From: Steroidobacteraceae bacterium
Lineage (GTDB): Bacteria; Pseudomonadota; Gammaproteobacteria; Steroidobacterales; Steroidobacteraceae
Reading direction: 5' to 3'
Assembly (NCBI GenBank): GCA_019634915.1
Contig: JAHCAN010000013.1
Span: forward strand, 10,045 to 74,044
DNA: 64,000 nt
The translations under genes and the position numbers were made by a program. This document shows positions 9,028 to 23,536 of this stretch, piece after piece (position 1 is the stretch's first letter; every line of letters begins with the position of its first letter). The notes under the pieces were generated by a model that saw only the letters and a program-made list of their open reading frames with translations, was not told where the DNA came from and made no database searches.

Positions 9028-10343
9028 GCGAGCTCCCCGAGGCAGGCATCGAGCGTCGCCACGAGCCGGTCGATGTCGGCGGCGGTCGTCACCGGCGAGA
9101 CCAGCATCATGTTGTGGAACGGCGTGAGCAGCACGCCGCGGTTCAGCAGGTAGAGGTGCAGCGCGTGTTCGAGCTCGGGCCGCATCGCGGCGGCCGCCTG
9201 CGTGCCGTTGCGCGCCGGCTCGCCGTAGCCGAGCTCGAGCCGCGCGCCGACTCGCACGACATGCCAGTCGAGGCGGCGGCGCGCGAGCAGCGCGCGCAAC
9301 GCCCCGTCGAGCCGCTCCGCCCCGGCCAGCATCGGCGCGTAGGTCGCGGTCGTGTGCAGCGTCGTGAGCGCCGCGGCGAGCGCCGCCAGCGCGAGCGGAT
9401 TCGCCGCCAGCGTGGTGCCCATGCCGGTGTGCCCGTGCGCCTCGTGGCGCGCGGCGAGCACGCCGCGCATCCGCGCCTCGACGTCGGCCGTGAAGCCGTA
9501 GACCGCACAGGGCACGCCGCCGGCGAGCGCCTTGCCGCAGACGAGCACGTCGGGTTCGAGCGCGTGCGCGCGCGTATAGCCGCCGGGACCCGAGGACAGC
9601 GTGTGGGTCTCGTCGACGATCAGCAGCGCATCAAAGCGGCGCGTCAGCGCGCGCAGCTCGGCGTGCAGGCCCGGCTGCGGCAGCACCATGCCGGTGTTGG
9701 TCATCACCGGCTCGTAGAGCAGCGCCGCCACGTCGCCGGCCTCGAGCGCGGCTTCGACGCCGGCGAGGTCGTCGAATTCGACCGCGACCGCGGTCGCGCG
9801 CGCATCGAACGGCGCACCGACGCTGCCGGCGCGCAGCATCACGTCATCCACGGTGCCGTGGTAGCAACCCCTGAAAACCAGCGTCTTCGGCCGCCCCGTC
9901 AGCGCACGCGCCCAGCGCAGCGCAGCGCGATTGGCGTCGGTCGCGGTCTGCGTGAGCTGCCAGAACGGCAGGCCGAACAGCCGGGCGAGTCCCTCACCGA
10001 CTTCGGCGGTGCGCTCGTCGGGCAGCATCGCAGTCAGGCCGCGCGCGGACTGCAGCGCGAGCGCCTGGGCCACCGCCGGCGGGGAATGGCCGAACATCGC
10101 CCCGGTGTCGCCGAGGCAGAAGTCGATGTAGTCGCGCCCGTCGGCGTCGGTGACGCGCGCGCCGCGCGCCTCGCGCAGCACGAGCGGGAACGGTGTGCCC
10201 CAGTCGCGCATCCAGTGCATCGGCACGCCCTGCAGCCAGTGGGCGCCGAGACGCGTGGCCTGGGCGGCCGACGCTTCGTGTTCCGCCGCGAAGCGCGCGG
10301 CCTCGGCCCTGGCCAGCGACGCGATGCGGCGGGGGTCGAACAC
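9024..10343 (-). CDS. Class III (GSA-aminomutase-like) PLP aminotransferase
   Basis: 439 aa. Motifs LIVDETHTLSSGPGGY and VCGKALAGGVPC fit the aminotransferase class III fold. Confidence 0.8.
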   Translation of the reverse strand: MFDPRRIASLARAEAARFAAEHEASAAQATRLGAHWLQGVPMHWMRDWGTPFPLVLREARGARVTDADGRDYIDFCLGDTGAMFGHSPPAVAQALALQSARGLTAMLPDERTAEVGEGLARLFGLPFWQLTQTATDANRAALRWARALTGRPKTLVFRGCYHGTVDDVMLRAGSVGAPFDARATAVAVEFDDLAGVEAALEAGDVAALLYEPVMTNTGMVLPQPGLHAELRALTRRFDALLIVDETHTLSSGPGGYTRAHALEPDVLVCGKALAGGVPCAVYGFTADVEARMRGVLAARHEAHGHTGMGTTLAANPLALAALAAALTTLHTTATYAPMLAGAERLDGALRALLARRRLDWHVVRVGARLELGYGEPARNGTQAAAAMRPELEHALHLYLLNRGVLLTPFHNMMLVSPVTTAADIDRLVATLDACLGELA

Positions 10344-10345
10344 GA

Positions 10346-10753
10346 TTACCGGCGTCCCTTGCGGGCCACCTTCGCCCTGGGCCTGGTCTTCGGCTTTGCC
10401 CTGGGCTTGGCCTTGGATTTGGACTCCGCCTTGGGCCCGGTCTTCGGCTCAGCTTTGGGGTCGGCCTTGGCCTCGCCCTTCGGCTCTTCCTTGGACTTGG
10501 ACTCGTCCTTCGGCGCTTCCTTCTTCTCCTCGTCCTTGCGCTCGTCGACGAGATTGCGCTTCTGTTCCTTGTCGGACTTGAAGTCGGTCTCGTACCAGCC
10601 GCTGCCCTTCAACCGGAAGACCGGCGCCGACAGCAGCTTCTTCAGCGCCAGCCTGCCGCACTCGGGGCATTTGCGCAGCGGCGCGTCGGTGATCTTCTGC
10701 ATGGCCTCGAGCTGGTGGCCACAGTTCGAACATTGATACTCATAGAACGGCAT
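10346..10753 (-). CDS. FmdB-family zinc-ribbon protein with a K/E/P/A-rich tail
   Basis: N-terminus MPFYEYQCSNCGH...KCPECG has the CxxC-CxxC zinc ribbon typical of the FmdB family. The C-terminal half is low-complexity (KAEPK/KSK repeats). Confidence 0.8.
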   Translation of the reverse strand: MPFYEYQCSNCGHQLEAMQKITDAPLRKCPECGRLALKKLLSAPVFRLKGSGWYETDFKSDKEQKRNLVDERKDEEKKEAPKDESKSKEEPKGEAKADPKAEPKTGPKAESKSKAKPRAKPKTRPRAKVARKGRR

Positions 10754-10798
10754 TGCTCCTCCCGCAGCCGATTCTACGGGGAATTCAGCCCGCGCGGA

Positions 10799-13378
<2,580 letters not shown>

Positions 13379-13430
13379 GACGGGTCCTTATCGGGGCGCT
13401 GCGGTGAATTTCAACCCACCCCCCCTTGGT

Positions 13431-13451
13431 CCCCCCCACTTCGTGGGGGGG
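13431..13451. other. 9-bp G/C homopolymer hairpin (CCCCCCCAC-TTC-GTGGGGGGG) in the ZIP/clpB intergenic region
   Basis: Read directly. Flanked by further C8 and G7 runs (13417-13467). No U-tract follows on either strand. Confidence 0.4.
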
Positions 13452-13463
13452 ATACAGGGGGGG

Positions 13464-14270
13464 TTAGTGCGCAGACATCTCTACGAGCGCTATGGTCAGC
13501 ACCCCCACCCCGATCAGCCCCACCTGCAGCAGGCTCGAGCGCGGGTCGAAGCGCCGGTGCAGGCCCGGGATCAGGTCGGCCACCGCGACATACAGCAGGC
13601 TCGCCGCAGCGACGGCGAGCACATAGGGCAACGCACCGATCACCGGCCGCAGCGCGAACCAGGCGGCCACGCCGCCGATCACGGCGGCGAGGCTCGTCCC
13701 GAGGTTGAACCACAGCGCGCGACGGCGCGACCAGCCGGCATTCAGCAGCACCGCGAAGTCGCCGACTTCCTGCGGGATCTCGTGCGCCGCGACCGCGATC
13801 GCGGTCGCGATCCCGAGGCTGGTGTCGGTCAGGAACGCCGCGGCGATCAGCACGCCGTCGAGCGCGTTGTGGAGCGTGTCGCCGGCGAGCACGAGCCAGG
13901 CCGCCGACTGGTCGGCCCGGCCGTGCGGATCGTGATGGCCGTGACCATGGCCATGGCCGGTGTGCGCCTCCCACTGCTCGCCATGACAATGCCGCCACAG
14001 CACGAACTTTTCGAGCATGAAGAACGCGAGCAGGCCGGCGACGAGCGCGGCGCCGATCGCGTGCTCGCCACCCGGCCCCGCCGATTCGATCGCATGCGGC
14101 AGCAGCGCGAGCAGCGCCGCGCCGAGCAGCGCGCCGGTCGCGTAGCTGACGAGGAACGGCAGGCTGCGCGCGCGCGCGCCGTCGGGCAGCAGCAGCACGA
14201 GGCCCGCGCAGGCGGCGCTGACGAGGCCGCCGAGGGCCGTGGCAAGCACGATGATCGCGAGCGTGGTCAT
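13464..14270 (-). CDS. ZIP-family divalent metal transporter
   Basis: Internal start MTTLAIIVLATALGG (ATG at 14270) overlaps the pgeF stop (ATGA). Multi-TM protein with a His-rich loop (HCHGEQWEAHTGHGHGHGHHDPHG) and the motif HEIPQEVGDFAVL. Confidence 0.85.
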   Translation of the reverse strand: MTTLAIIVLATALGGLVSAACAGLVLLLPDGARARSLPFLVSYATGALLGAALLALLPHAIESAGPGGEHAIGAALVAGLLAFFMLEKFVLWRHCHGEQWEAHTGHGHGHGHHDPHGRADQSAAWLVLAGDTLHNALDGVLIAAAFLTDTSLGIATAIAVAAHEIPQEVGDFAVLLNAGWSRRRALWFNLGTSLAAVIGGVAAWFALRPVIGALPYVLAVAAASLLYVAVADLIPGLHRRFDPRSSLLQVGLIGVGVLTIALVEMSAH

Positions 14271-15016
14271 CGCGGCTCCATCCAGACGAGAGCTGCCATC
14301 CTGCCGCACTGGCCATCGCGGCGGTAGGAGAAGAAGCGTTCGCGGTCGGCGTAAGTGCAGGAGCCGTCGGCGCTCACTTCGGCCACGCCGAGCGCCTCGA
14401 GGCGCTGGCGCGCGAGCCTCGCGAGATCGCACCACCATCGATCTGCCGCGCCGGCCCGGAACGCCGCGCCGGCCGCGGCATCGTGCGCGAGAAACGCCGC
14501 GCGCACCTCGTCGCCGACCTCGAAGTGCGCCGGGCCGATCGCCGGGCCGAGCCAGGCAAGCAGCTCCCGGCCAGGCAGCGCCATCGCGCGCACCGTGGCC
14601 TCGAGCACGCCCGCGGCGAGCCCGCGCCAGCCCGCGTGCGCGGCGCCAACCGTGCGGCCGTCACGCGCCGCGAACAGCACCGGCAAGCAGTCGGCCACCA
14701 TGATCGCGCACACCTGGCCGGGCGCTCTCGTGAACGCGGCATCGGCCGGAGCGCGTGGCGCGGCGCCGCCCGGCACGATCTCGTGCACCGCCGTGCCATG
14801 CACCTGCTGCAGCCAGACGGGGCCCGACGGCAGCCCGAGCGCCTCGGCGACGCGGCGCCGGTTCGCGGCGACCCGCAGCGGATCGTCGCCCACGTGCGCG
14901 CCGAGATTGAGCGTATCGAAGGGCGCGGCACTCGTGCCGCCCGTGCGCAGCGTGAACGCGGCACGCACCCCGGGGGGCGCTGCCCATTGCGGCATGATCC
15001 ACATGAAATGCATCAT
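14267..15016 (-). CDS. pgeF: Peptidoglycan editing factor PgeF (YfiH / DUF152 laccase-domain protein)
   Basis: Motifs VMVADCLPVLF, AAHAGWRG and CTYADRERFFSYRR. The exact start among several N-terminal Met codons is uncertain. Confidence 0.85.
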   Translation of the reverse strand: MMHFMWIMPQWAAPPGVRAAFTLRTGGTSAAPFDTLNLGAHVGDDPLRVAANRRRVAEALGLPSGPVWLQQVHGTAVHEIVPGGAAPRAPADAAFTRAPGQVCAIMVADCLPVLFAARDGRTVGAAHAGWRGLAAGVLEATVRAMALPGRELLAWLGPAIGPAHFEVGDEVRAAFLAHDAAAGAAFRAGAADRWWCDLARLARQRLEALGVAEVSADGSCTYADRERFFSYRRDGQCGRMAALVWMEPR

Positions 15017-15045
15017 CGGGTGTCGGCCCGACGAATGCGAGGGGT

Positions 15046-17084
<2,039 letters not shown>

Positions 17085-17088
<4 letters not shown>

Positions 17089-17264
17089 TCCGCCGCCTGC
17101 GCGCGTGGCTCGCGCTGCTGCGCCGCTGCAGCGGCGACGACGCCTATGAGCGCTTCGTCGCCCACCGCCATGCGGTGCACCCGGGCGAGCCGCTGCCGTC
17201 GCGGCGCGAATTCTGGTGCGGCGAGGTCGAGCGCAAATGGCAAGGCGTGAACCGGTGCTGCTGA
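17085..17264 (+). CDS. ybdD: YbdD/YjiX-family small protein (DUF466)
   Basis: ATG at 17085 overlaps the cstA stop (ATGA). The 59-aa product MIRRLRAWLALLRRCSGDDAYERFVAH...EVERKWQGVNRCC is typical of the cstA-coupled small protein. Confidence 0.85.
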
Positions 17265-18295
17265 GGCGCGCGCTGCCCGTGCTCGCGGCGATCGCCGTGC
17301 AGGCCGTCTGCGGTGCCGCCGCAGGCGAGCCCGCCGCCACGCCCGCGACCACTACCGCAGCCACGCCGGCCGGCGCCTGGCACCAGCGCGAGGCGGCGAT
17401 CATGGGCACGCGCATCGCGGTCGAGCTGTGGTCTGAAGACGCGGCCCAGGGCGAGGCCGCGATCGACGCGGTGATGGCCGAGATGCACCGCATCGACGCG
17501 CTGATGAGCCATTACAAGCCGGACAGCCAGATCTCGCAGATCAATGCGCGCGCGGCCATCGAGCCGGTGCGGGTCGACCGCGAGCTGTTCGACCTGATCG
17601 CGCGCTCGCTCGAGTTCTCGCGCCTGACCGAAGGCGCCTTCGACATCACCTATGCGAGCGTCGGCTATCTCTACGATTATCGCAGGCACGTCCGGCCCGA
17701 CGAGGCGACGATCGAGGCCCATCTCGGCGCGGTCGACTGGCACAGCATCGAGCTCGACGCGGCGCACTCGACCGTGCGCTTCGGTCGCCCGGGCATGCGC
17801 ATCGATCTCGGCGGCTTCGCCAAGGGGTATGCCGTCGATCGCGGCATTGAACTCCTGAAGGCCCGCGGCATCGAACACGCATCGGTCAGCGCCGGCGGGG
17901 ATTCGAGGATCATCGGCGACCGGTTCGGCAGACCCTGGGTGATCGGCATCCGCCACCCCGACGACCCGGACCGCATGATCCTCAGGATGCCGCTCGAAGA
18001 CGTCGCGCTGTCGACCTCGGGGGACTACGAGCGTTATTTCGATGAGAACGGCGTGCGCTACCACCACATCATCGACCCGCGCACCGGCCATTCGGCGAGC
18101 AAGGTGCGCAGCGCCACCATCATCGGGCCGACCGCCACGCAGACCGACGGCCTGTCGAAGACCGCCTTCGTGCTCGGGCCGCAGAAGGCACTCGAGATCA
18201 TCGCCCGCATTCCCGACATCGACGCGGTATTCGTCGATCCCGAAGGCAAGGTCTACTACTCCCCCGGCCTCGAGCCGCCGCCCGATCGGCCCTAG
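17237..18295 (+). CDS. apbE: FAD:protein FMN transferase ApbE
   Basis: Motifs IMGTRIAVELW, GAFDITY, IDLGGFAKGYAVD, LSTSGDYERYF and HHIIDPRTG. Start taken at the ATG at 17237 (MARREPVLL, signal-like). Confidence 0.9.
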   Translation: MARREPVLLRRALPVLAAIAVQAVCGAAAGEPAATPATTTAATPAGAWHQREAAIMGTRIAVELWSEDAAQGEAAIDAVMAEMHRIDALMSHYKPDSQISQINARAAIEPVRVDRELFDLIARSLEFSRLTEGAFDITYASVGYLYDYRRHVRPDEATIEAHLGAVDWHSIELDAAHSTVRFGRPGMRIDLGGFAKGYAVDRGIELLKARGIEHASVSAGGDSRIIGDRFGRPWVIGIRHPDDPDRMILRMPLEDVALSTSGDYERYFDENGVRYHHIIDPRTGHSASKVRSATIIGPTATQTDGLSKTAFVLGPQKALEIIARIPDIDAVFVDPEGKVYYSPGLEPPPDRP

Positions 18296-18304
18296 GCACC
18301 CTGC

Positions 18305-18931
18305 TTGAGCCCGCGGATCGTCGTCGCCGCGATCGTCGGGCTCGTGCACCTCGCGCTGGTCGCGGCACTGCTCACGCTCACACTGCGATCACGCGGCAGC
18401 GCGCTGGCGGAGTTCGTCACGACGACCCTGTTCTTCGCGCCGCCCGAGGACATGCCGCCGCCGCAGGGCCCGCTGCCGCCACCCGAAGCGGCGTCTGCGG
18501 CACGCGCGCGGGTGACGGCGCCGATGCCGCTTGCGACCCGTCCCGCCGGCGCTCCCCCGGAGCTGCCCGCGCCGGCCAGCACGGCGATCACCGTGCACGA
18601 CTGGTACGACTCCGCGAAGTCCGCCGCACAGGCCGAAGTCCTCGCCGGGGAGGATCGCGCGCGGCGCGCGGCGTCGATGGGCCGGGCGGCGATCGACGCG
18701 CGCAGCCTCGCCGAAGCGCCGGAGAAGCGCGGCCCCGAGTTCACCTGGTCGAAGGCGCACACACAGCGGATCGAGCGCACCGAGGACGGCGCGACGATCC
18801 TGCGCCTCACCGAGCGGTGCATGCTGGTCAATTTCGTGCTGCCGTTCTGCCATCTCGCGAAGGAGAAGCCGCGCGGCGATCTGTTCGACGGCATGAAGGA
18901 GCCGCCCGAGATGGGAGACTGGAAGGACTAG
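18305..18931 (+). CDS. Hypothetical membrane-anchored protein with a Pro-rich linker
   Basis: N-terminal TM segment ([21 protein letters not shown]), then a [11 protein letters not shown] linker. No family recognised. Confidence 0.4.
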   Translation: MSPRIVVAAIVGLVHLALVAALLTLTLRSRGSALAEFVTTTLFFAPPEDMPPPQGPLPPPEAASAARARVTAPMPLATRPAGAPPELPAPASTAITVHDWYDSAKSAAQAEVLAGEDRARRAASMGRAAIDARSLAEAPEKRGPEFTWSKAHTQRIERTEDGATILRLTERCMLVNFVLPFCHLAKEKPRGDLFDGMKEPPEMGDWKD

Positions 18932-19911
18932 CTTTCCCGATGCGGCGCGCCGCCTGCGGCGCGCGCGTCCTCCCGCAGGACATCGATCAGCGCTTGCAGA
19001 TCCGCCGGCACGGGCGCCTCGAACTCGAGCGGCTCGCCGGTGACCGGATGCTCGAACGCGAGCCGCCCGGCATGCAGCGCCTGGCGCCTGAACGCCTGCA
19101 GCGCCTCGAGCAGCGCCGGTGACGCGCCGGCCGTCAGGCGCCGCCGACCGCCGTACACGGGGTCGCCGACGATCGGATAGCCGGCGTGCGCGAGATGCAC
19201 GCGGATCTGGTGCGTGCGCCCGGTCTCCAGCGTCACCCGCAGCAGCGTGTGTGAACGGAAGCGCTCGACGAGCCGGTAGTGGGTAATCGCCTCGCGGCCG
19301 TCGGCGCGCACCGCCATCTTCACGCGCGCCGAGCGGTGCCGGCCGATCGGCTCGGCTATCGTGCCGCCACCGGTCAGCACACCGGTGACGATCGCGAGGT
19401 ACTCGCGCGAGACCTCGCGCGCCGCGAGCATCGCGACGAGCGCGGCGTGCGCTTCGATCGTGCGCGCGACGACCATCAGGCCGCTCGTGTCCTTGTCGAG
19501 GCGGTGCACGAGCCCGGCGCGCGGCAGCTGCGCGAGGCGCGGATCACGGGCCAGCAGGCCATTCAGCAGGGTCCGGTCGCGGTTACCGGCGCCCGGGTGC
19601 ACGACGAGGCCCGGCGGCTTGTCGATCACGAGCAGGTCCCCGTCTTCGTAGACGACCTGCAGCGCCATGGCCTGCGGCGCGGCGTGCGTTTCGACCGGCA
19701 CCTCCCCCTCGACGCCCACCTGCTCGCCGCCCGTCACGCGGTCGCGGGCGCGCGCGATCCGCCCGTCGATCGTCACGCTGCCCTGCTCGATCCACCCCTG
19801 GATGCGAGAGCGGGAGTATTGCGGCAGGGCGCGCGCGAGCGCCTGGTCGAGCCTGAGCCCCGCGAGGCCCGGGTCCAGCTGCAAGGCGTGCCTGCGGAAC
19901 TCGGCTGTCAT
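18928..19911 (-). CDS. rluD: 23S rRNA pseudouridine synthase RluD
   Basis: Start taken at MTAEF (ATG at 19911). S4 domain followed by the RluA-family core ([28 protein letters not shown]). Confidence 0.9.
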   Translation of the reverse strand: MTAEFRRHALQLDPGLAGLRLDQALARALPQYSRSRIQGWIEQGSVTIDGRIARARDRVTGGEQVGVEGEVPVETHAAPQAMALQVVYEDGDLLVIDKPPGLVVHPGAGNRDRTLLNGLLARDPRLAQLPRAGLVHRLDKDTSGLMVVARTIEAHAALVAMLAAREVSREYLAIVTGVLTGGGTIAEPIGRHRSARVKMAVRADGREAITHYRLVERFRSHTLLRVTLETGRTHQIRVHLAHAGYPIVGDPVYGGRRRLTAGASPALLEALQAFRRQALHAGRLAFEHPVTGEPLEFEAPVPADLQALIDVLREDARAAGGAPHRES

Positions 19912-19966
19912 TATTTGTCTATACTGTCGGTTTCGTGGCCACATTCCAACGAGAGGCCCCCCTTCG

Positions 19967-20770
19967 ATGCCCGCTGCCCTCGCGCCGCCCCGCGGCCGCC
20001 TGATCCTGTTGGCGCTGCTCGCCGCGCTGGTCGCGGTTTCCGGCTGCCGCACCCGCGGCGCCGACCGCTATGCCCGCACGAATCCCGAGGTGCTGTACCA
20101 GGACGCCCACAAGCGCCTCTTGAGCCAGGACTTCGGCACCGCGATCGCGATGTACGAGGCGCTGACCGCGCGCTACCCGTTCGCGCCGGAATCGCGCCAG
20201 GCCCGCCTCGACCTGATCTACGCGTACTACCGCGGCCGCGAGGCCGAGAGCGCGATCGACGCCGCCGAGACCTTCGTGCGCGAGAACCCGACCCACCCGC
20301 GGGTCGACTACGCGTGGTACATCAAGGGCCTCGTCGACTTCGAGCGCATGCCGAACCGGCTCGAGAAGCTGTTCCACGTCGATCTGTCCGAGCGCCCGCC
20401 GCAGACGGCCGCGCGCGCGTTCGCGTCGTTCAAGGTGGTCGTCGAGCAGTATCCGGCGAGCGAGTACGCGCACGACTCGCAGCGGCGCATGGTGTACCTG
20501 CGCAACCGGCTCGCCGACTACGAGCTGTACGTCGCGCGCTACTACATGAAGCGCGGCGCCTGGGTCGCGGCGGCGCAGCGCGCCAAGCAGACGATCGAGC
20601 AATACGACGGCGCGCCCGCGGTGCGCGAAGCACTCGAGATCCTCGTCGAAGCCTACGACCGGCTCGGCATGAAAGAGCTCGCCGGCCAGGCGCGCCAGGT
20701 CTACGCGCTCAATTTCCCCGGCAGCCAGCAGCGGGTCGAGGAAAAGAAATCCTGGTGGAAGTTCTGGTGA
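19967..20770 (+). CDS. bamD: Outer membrane protein assembly factor BamD
   Basis: Start at 19967. Lipoprotein signal [13 protein letters not shown]-like body, and divergent from rluD as in E. coli (yfiO-rluD). Confidence 0.9.
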   Translation: MPAALAPPRGRLILLALLAALVAVSGCRTRGADRYARTNPEVLYQDAHKRLLSQDFGTAIAMYEALTARYPFAPESRQARLDLIYAYYRGREAESAIDAAETFVRENPTHPRVDYAWYIKGLVDFERMPNRLEKLFHVDLSERPPQTAARAFASFKVVVEQYPASEYAHDSQRRMVYLRNRLADYELYVARYYMKRGAWVAAAQRAKQTIEQYDGAPAVREALEILVEAYDRLGMKELAGQARQVYALNFPGSQQRVEEKKSWWKFW

Positions 20771-20816
20771 CGCGCGCGATGCGCGCGCCCGGCCGGGCCC
20801 GGCACCTGCGGCCGTT

Positions 20817-22448
20817 TCAGCGCCGGTAACCGTTGGTGATCGGGTAGCGCCAGTCACGGCCGAACGCGCGGCGGCTCACGCGCACGCCGGGCGGCGTCTG
20901 CCGCCGCTTGTATTCGTTGCGCTTGACCAGATCGAGCACGCGACCGACGGTCGCGCGATCGAAGCCGCGCGCGCAGATCTCGTCGACCGTGAGATCCTCC
21001 TCGATGAACGCGGCGAGGATCGCATCGAGCACCTCGTACGGCGGCAATGAATCGCTGTCCTTCTGGTTCGGCCGCAGCTCCGCCGACGGCGGCCGGTCGA
21101 TCACCCGCTGCGGAATCGCCGGCGAGAGGCTGTTGCGGTAGTCGGCGAGCCGGTAGACGAGCTGCTTGCCGCAGTCCTTGATCGGCGCGAAACCGCCGGC
21201 CATGTCGCCGTAGAGCGTGGCGTAGCCGACCGCCATCTCGCTCTTGTTGCCGGTCGTCAGCAGCATGCGCCCGGTCTTGTTCGAGATGCCCATCAGCAGC
21301 AGCATGCGGCAGCGCGACTGGATGTTCTCCTCGGTCGCGTCGGGCGCGCGGCCGGCGAACTCGTCCTTCAGCGTCGCGAGCGTCGCCTCGAACATCGCCT
21401 CGATCGGCAGCACGCTGTAGCGCACGCCGAGCAGCTCGGCCTGGGCCTTCGCATCCTCGAGGCTCATGCCCGAGGTGTAGCGCGACGGCATCATCACCGC
21501 ATGCACCTGGTCGGCGCCGAGCGCATCGACCGCGATCGCGAGCGTCAGCGCCGAGTCGACGCCGCCCGACAGGCCGATCACGACGCCGGGAAAGCGGTGC
21601 TTAGTCACGTAGTCGCGCACGCCGAGTACCAGCGCACCATAGACGCTCGCGACTTCGGGCAGCTCGGCGGCGACCTCACCGGCCGCCGGCTCGATCGCGC
21701 CGCTCGCGGCGCGCCGGAAATCCACGCAGTGCAGCCCTTCCGCATAGGCCGGCGCGCGCATCGCGAGCGTGCCTCCTGCGCCCATCACGAACGACTGCCC
21801 GTCGAACACCAACTCGTCCTGGCCGCCGACGAGATTCACGTACGCGAGCGGCAGCTCGACATCGAGCACGGTCTCGCGCGCCACGCGCTCGCGGTCACGC
21901 TGCTTGTGCAGCTGGAACGGCGAGGCGTTGCTGACCACCAGCAGCTCGGCGCCGGCGGACTTCGCGAGTTCGGCGCTCTCGCGCTCCCAGATATCCTCGC
22001 AGACGAGCACGCCGACCCGCATGCCGCCGACCTCGACGACCGTCGGCTGCGCGCCGGCGCTGAAGTAGCGCTTCTCGTCGAACACCTGGTAGTTCGGCAG
22101 CTCGCTCTTGCGGTGCATCGCCTGCACGGCACCGCGCGCGACCAGCGCGGCCGAATTGAAGATCTGCGTGCCGCTGTATTCCGGCAGGCCGACGATCACC
22201 GCCACGTCGCCGACGCCGCGGCAGACCTCGGCGAGCCCTGCCTCGATCTGCAGGCGAAAGCCACGGTGGAACAGCAGGTCCTCGGGCGGATAGCCCGACA
22301 GCGCGAGCTCGGGGAAGACCACGAGGCCCGCGCCCTGCGCCGCCGCCTCACGCGCCGTGTCGACGACCCGCGCCACGTTGCCGTGCACGTCGCCAACCAG
22401 GAAATCGAGTTGAGCCAGTGCGATCCGCAGCGGCGCGGGGTCGGTCAT
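20817..22448 (-). CDS. nadE: Glutamine-dependent NAD+ synthetase
   Basis: Start [16 protein letters not shown] (ATG at 22448). N-terminal nitrilase/CN-hydrolase domain ([24 protein letters not shown]) plus the NAD synthase P-loop region ([13 protein letters not shown]). Confidence 0.9.
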   Translation of the reverse strand: MTDPAPLRIALAQLDFLVGDVHGNVARVVDTAREAAAQGAGLVVFPELALSGYPPEDLLFHRGFRLQIEAGLAEVCRGVGDVAVIVGLPEYSGTQIFNSAALVARGAVQAMHRKSELPNYQVFDEKRYFSAGAQPTVVEVGGMRVGVLVCEDIWERESAELAKSAGAELLVVSNASPFQLHKQRDRERVARETVLDVELPLAYVNLVGGQDELVFDGQSFVMGAGGTLAMRAPAYAEGLHCVDFRRAASGAIEPAAGEVAAELPEVASVYGALVLGVRDYVTKHRFPGVVIGLSGGVDSALTLAIAVDALGADQVHAVMMPSRYTSGMSLEDAKAQAELLGVRYSVLPIEAMFEATLATLKDEFAGRAPDATEENIQSRCRMLLLMGISNKTGRMLLTTGNKSEMAVGYATLYGDMAGGFAPIKDCGKQLVYRLADYRNSLSPAIPQRVIDRPPSAELRPNQKDSDSLPPYEVLDAILAAFIEEDLTVDEICARGFDRATVGRVLDLVKRNEYKRRQTPPGVRVSRRAFGRDWRYPITNGYRR

Positions 22449-23536
22449 TTGGGTTTGCGGGCCCGCCGCGCCGTGACTTTGCGCTTCGCCGCGACCTTGC
22501 GCTTTGCCGTGACCTTGCGCTTTGCCGTGACCTTGCGCTTCAGCGTGGCCTTGCGCTTGGTTACGACCTCGCGCTTCGCTGGCGCCTTGCGTTGCGCGGC
22601 CGCCTTGCGTTGCGCCGCCGCCGGCCGCGGCGTTATCTGCCGCGCCTTCGCCGCGCTCTTGCGGCGCTTGAACAGCAGCTCGTGCATCGCGCTGCCTAGA
22701 TCGGCCGGCGATTTCACGGTGCGCACGCCGGCGCGGTCGAGCGCGAGGTACTTGTCGGCCGCCGTGCCCTTGCCGCCGGCGACGATCGCGCCGGCATGGC
22801 CCATACGCTTGCCGGGCGGCGCCGTCACGCCGGCGATGTAGGCGACGACCGGCTTCGAGACGAAGCGGCGGATGAATTCCGCGCCGGCCTCCTCGTCGCT
22901 GCCGCCGATCTCGCCGACCATGATGATGCCCTCGGTGCCCGGATCGCGCTCGAACAGCTCGAGCACGTCGACGAAGTTCATGCCGCGCACCGGATCGCCG
23001 CCGATGCCGACGCAGGTGCTCTGGCCGAGGCCGTTGTTGGTGGTCTGGAACACGGTCTCGTAGGTGAGCGTGCCCGAACGCGAGACGATGCCGATCGCGC
23101 CCTTCTTGTGGATGAAGCCGGGCATGATGCCGATCTTGCATTCATCGGGCGTGATCACGCCCGGGCAGTTCGGGCCGACCAGGCGCGTGCCGGTGCCGGC
23201 GAGCGCGGCCTTCACTTTCACCATGTCGTTGACCGGAATGCCCTCGGTGATGCAGACGACCAGCTCGATGCCGGCATCGGCCGCCTCGAGGATCGCATCG
23301 GCCGCGTACGGCGGCGGCACGTAGATCATGCTCGCGGTGGCGCCGGTCTGACGGACCGCATCGTGCACGGTGTCGAACACCGGCAGGCCGAGGTGCTGAT
23401 CGCCGCCGCGGCCAGGCGTGACGCCGCCGACCAGACGTGTGCCGTAGTCGAGGCACTGCTTCGAATGGAACGAACCCTGCTTGCCGGTGAAGCCCTGGCA
23501 GATGACCTTCGTGTTCTTGTTGACGAGAATGCTCAT
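22445..23536 (-). CDS. sucD: Succinyl-CoA synthetase alpha subunit with a roughly 75-aa polybasic repeat tail
   Basis: Starts [24 protein letters not shown] and has the phosphohistidine loop (MGHAGAIV). After the canonical end ([10 protein letters not shown]) comes [11 protein letters not shown]...(KRKVTA)n...RRARKPK. The stop overlaps the nadE start. Confidence 0.9.
   Translation of the reverse strand: MSILVNKNTKVICQGFTGKQGSFHSKQCLDYGTRLVGGVTPGRGGDQHLGLPVFDTVHDAVRQTGATASMIYVPPPYAADAILEAADAGIELVVCITEGIPVNDMVKVKAALAGTGTRLVGPNCPGVITPDECKIGIMPGFIHKKGAIGIVSRSGTLTYETVFQTTNNGLGQSTCVGIGGDPVRGMNFVDVLELFERDPGTEGIIMVGEIGGSDEEAGAEFIRRFVSKPVVAYIAGVTAPPGKRMGHAGAIVAGGKGTAADKYLALDRAGVRTVKSPADLGSAMHELLFKRRKSAAKARQITPRPAAAQRKAAAQRKAPAKREVVTKRKATLKRKVTAKRKVTAKRKVAAKRKVTARRARKPK
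22470..22577. repeat. Six tandem 18-bp units (consensus GCCGTGACCTTGCGCTTT) encoding the KRKVTA hexapeptide repeats of the SucD tail
   Basis: Units read directly at 22470, 22488, 22506, 22524, 22542 and 22560. More degenerate units continue to about 22630. Confidence 0.85.

Noticed and set aside
13389-13415. Sigma32-like promoter for clpB on the minus strand (GTTGAA-N13-CCCCGATA).
   Set aside because: The putative -10 element overlaps the AAGGA ribosome-binding site and lies only about 11 nt from the ATG. That leaves no 5' UTR, so the match is probably fortuitous in G/C-rich sequence.
22470-22630. A possible CRISPR or minisatellite array, because of the regular 18-bp periodicity.
   Set aside because: The units are contiguous with no spacers, in frame, and inside the sucD ORF. 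This is a coding tandem repeat, not a CRISPR array.
20817-23141. A single 774-aa ORF spanning nadE and part of sucD.
   Set aside because: The N-terminal 230 aa are an off-frame read through sucD. The conserved NadE sequence begins at [13 protein letters not shown] (ATG at 22448), overlapping the sucD stop.
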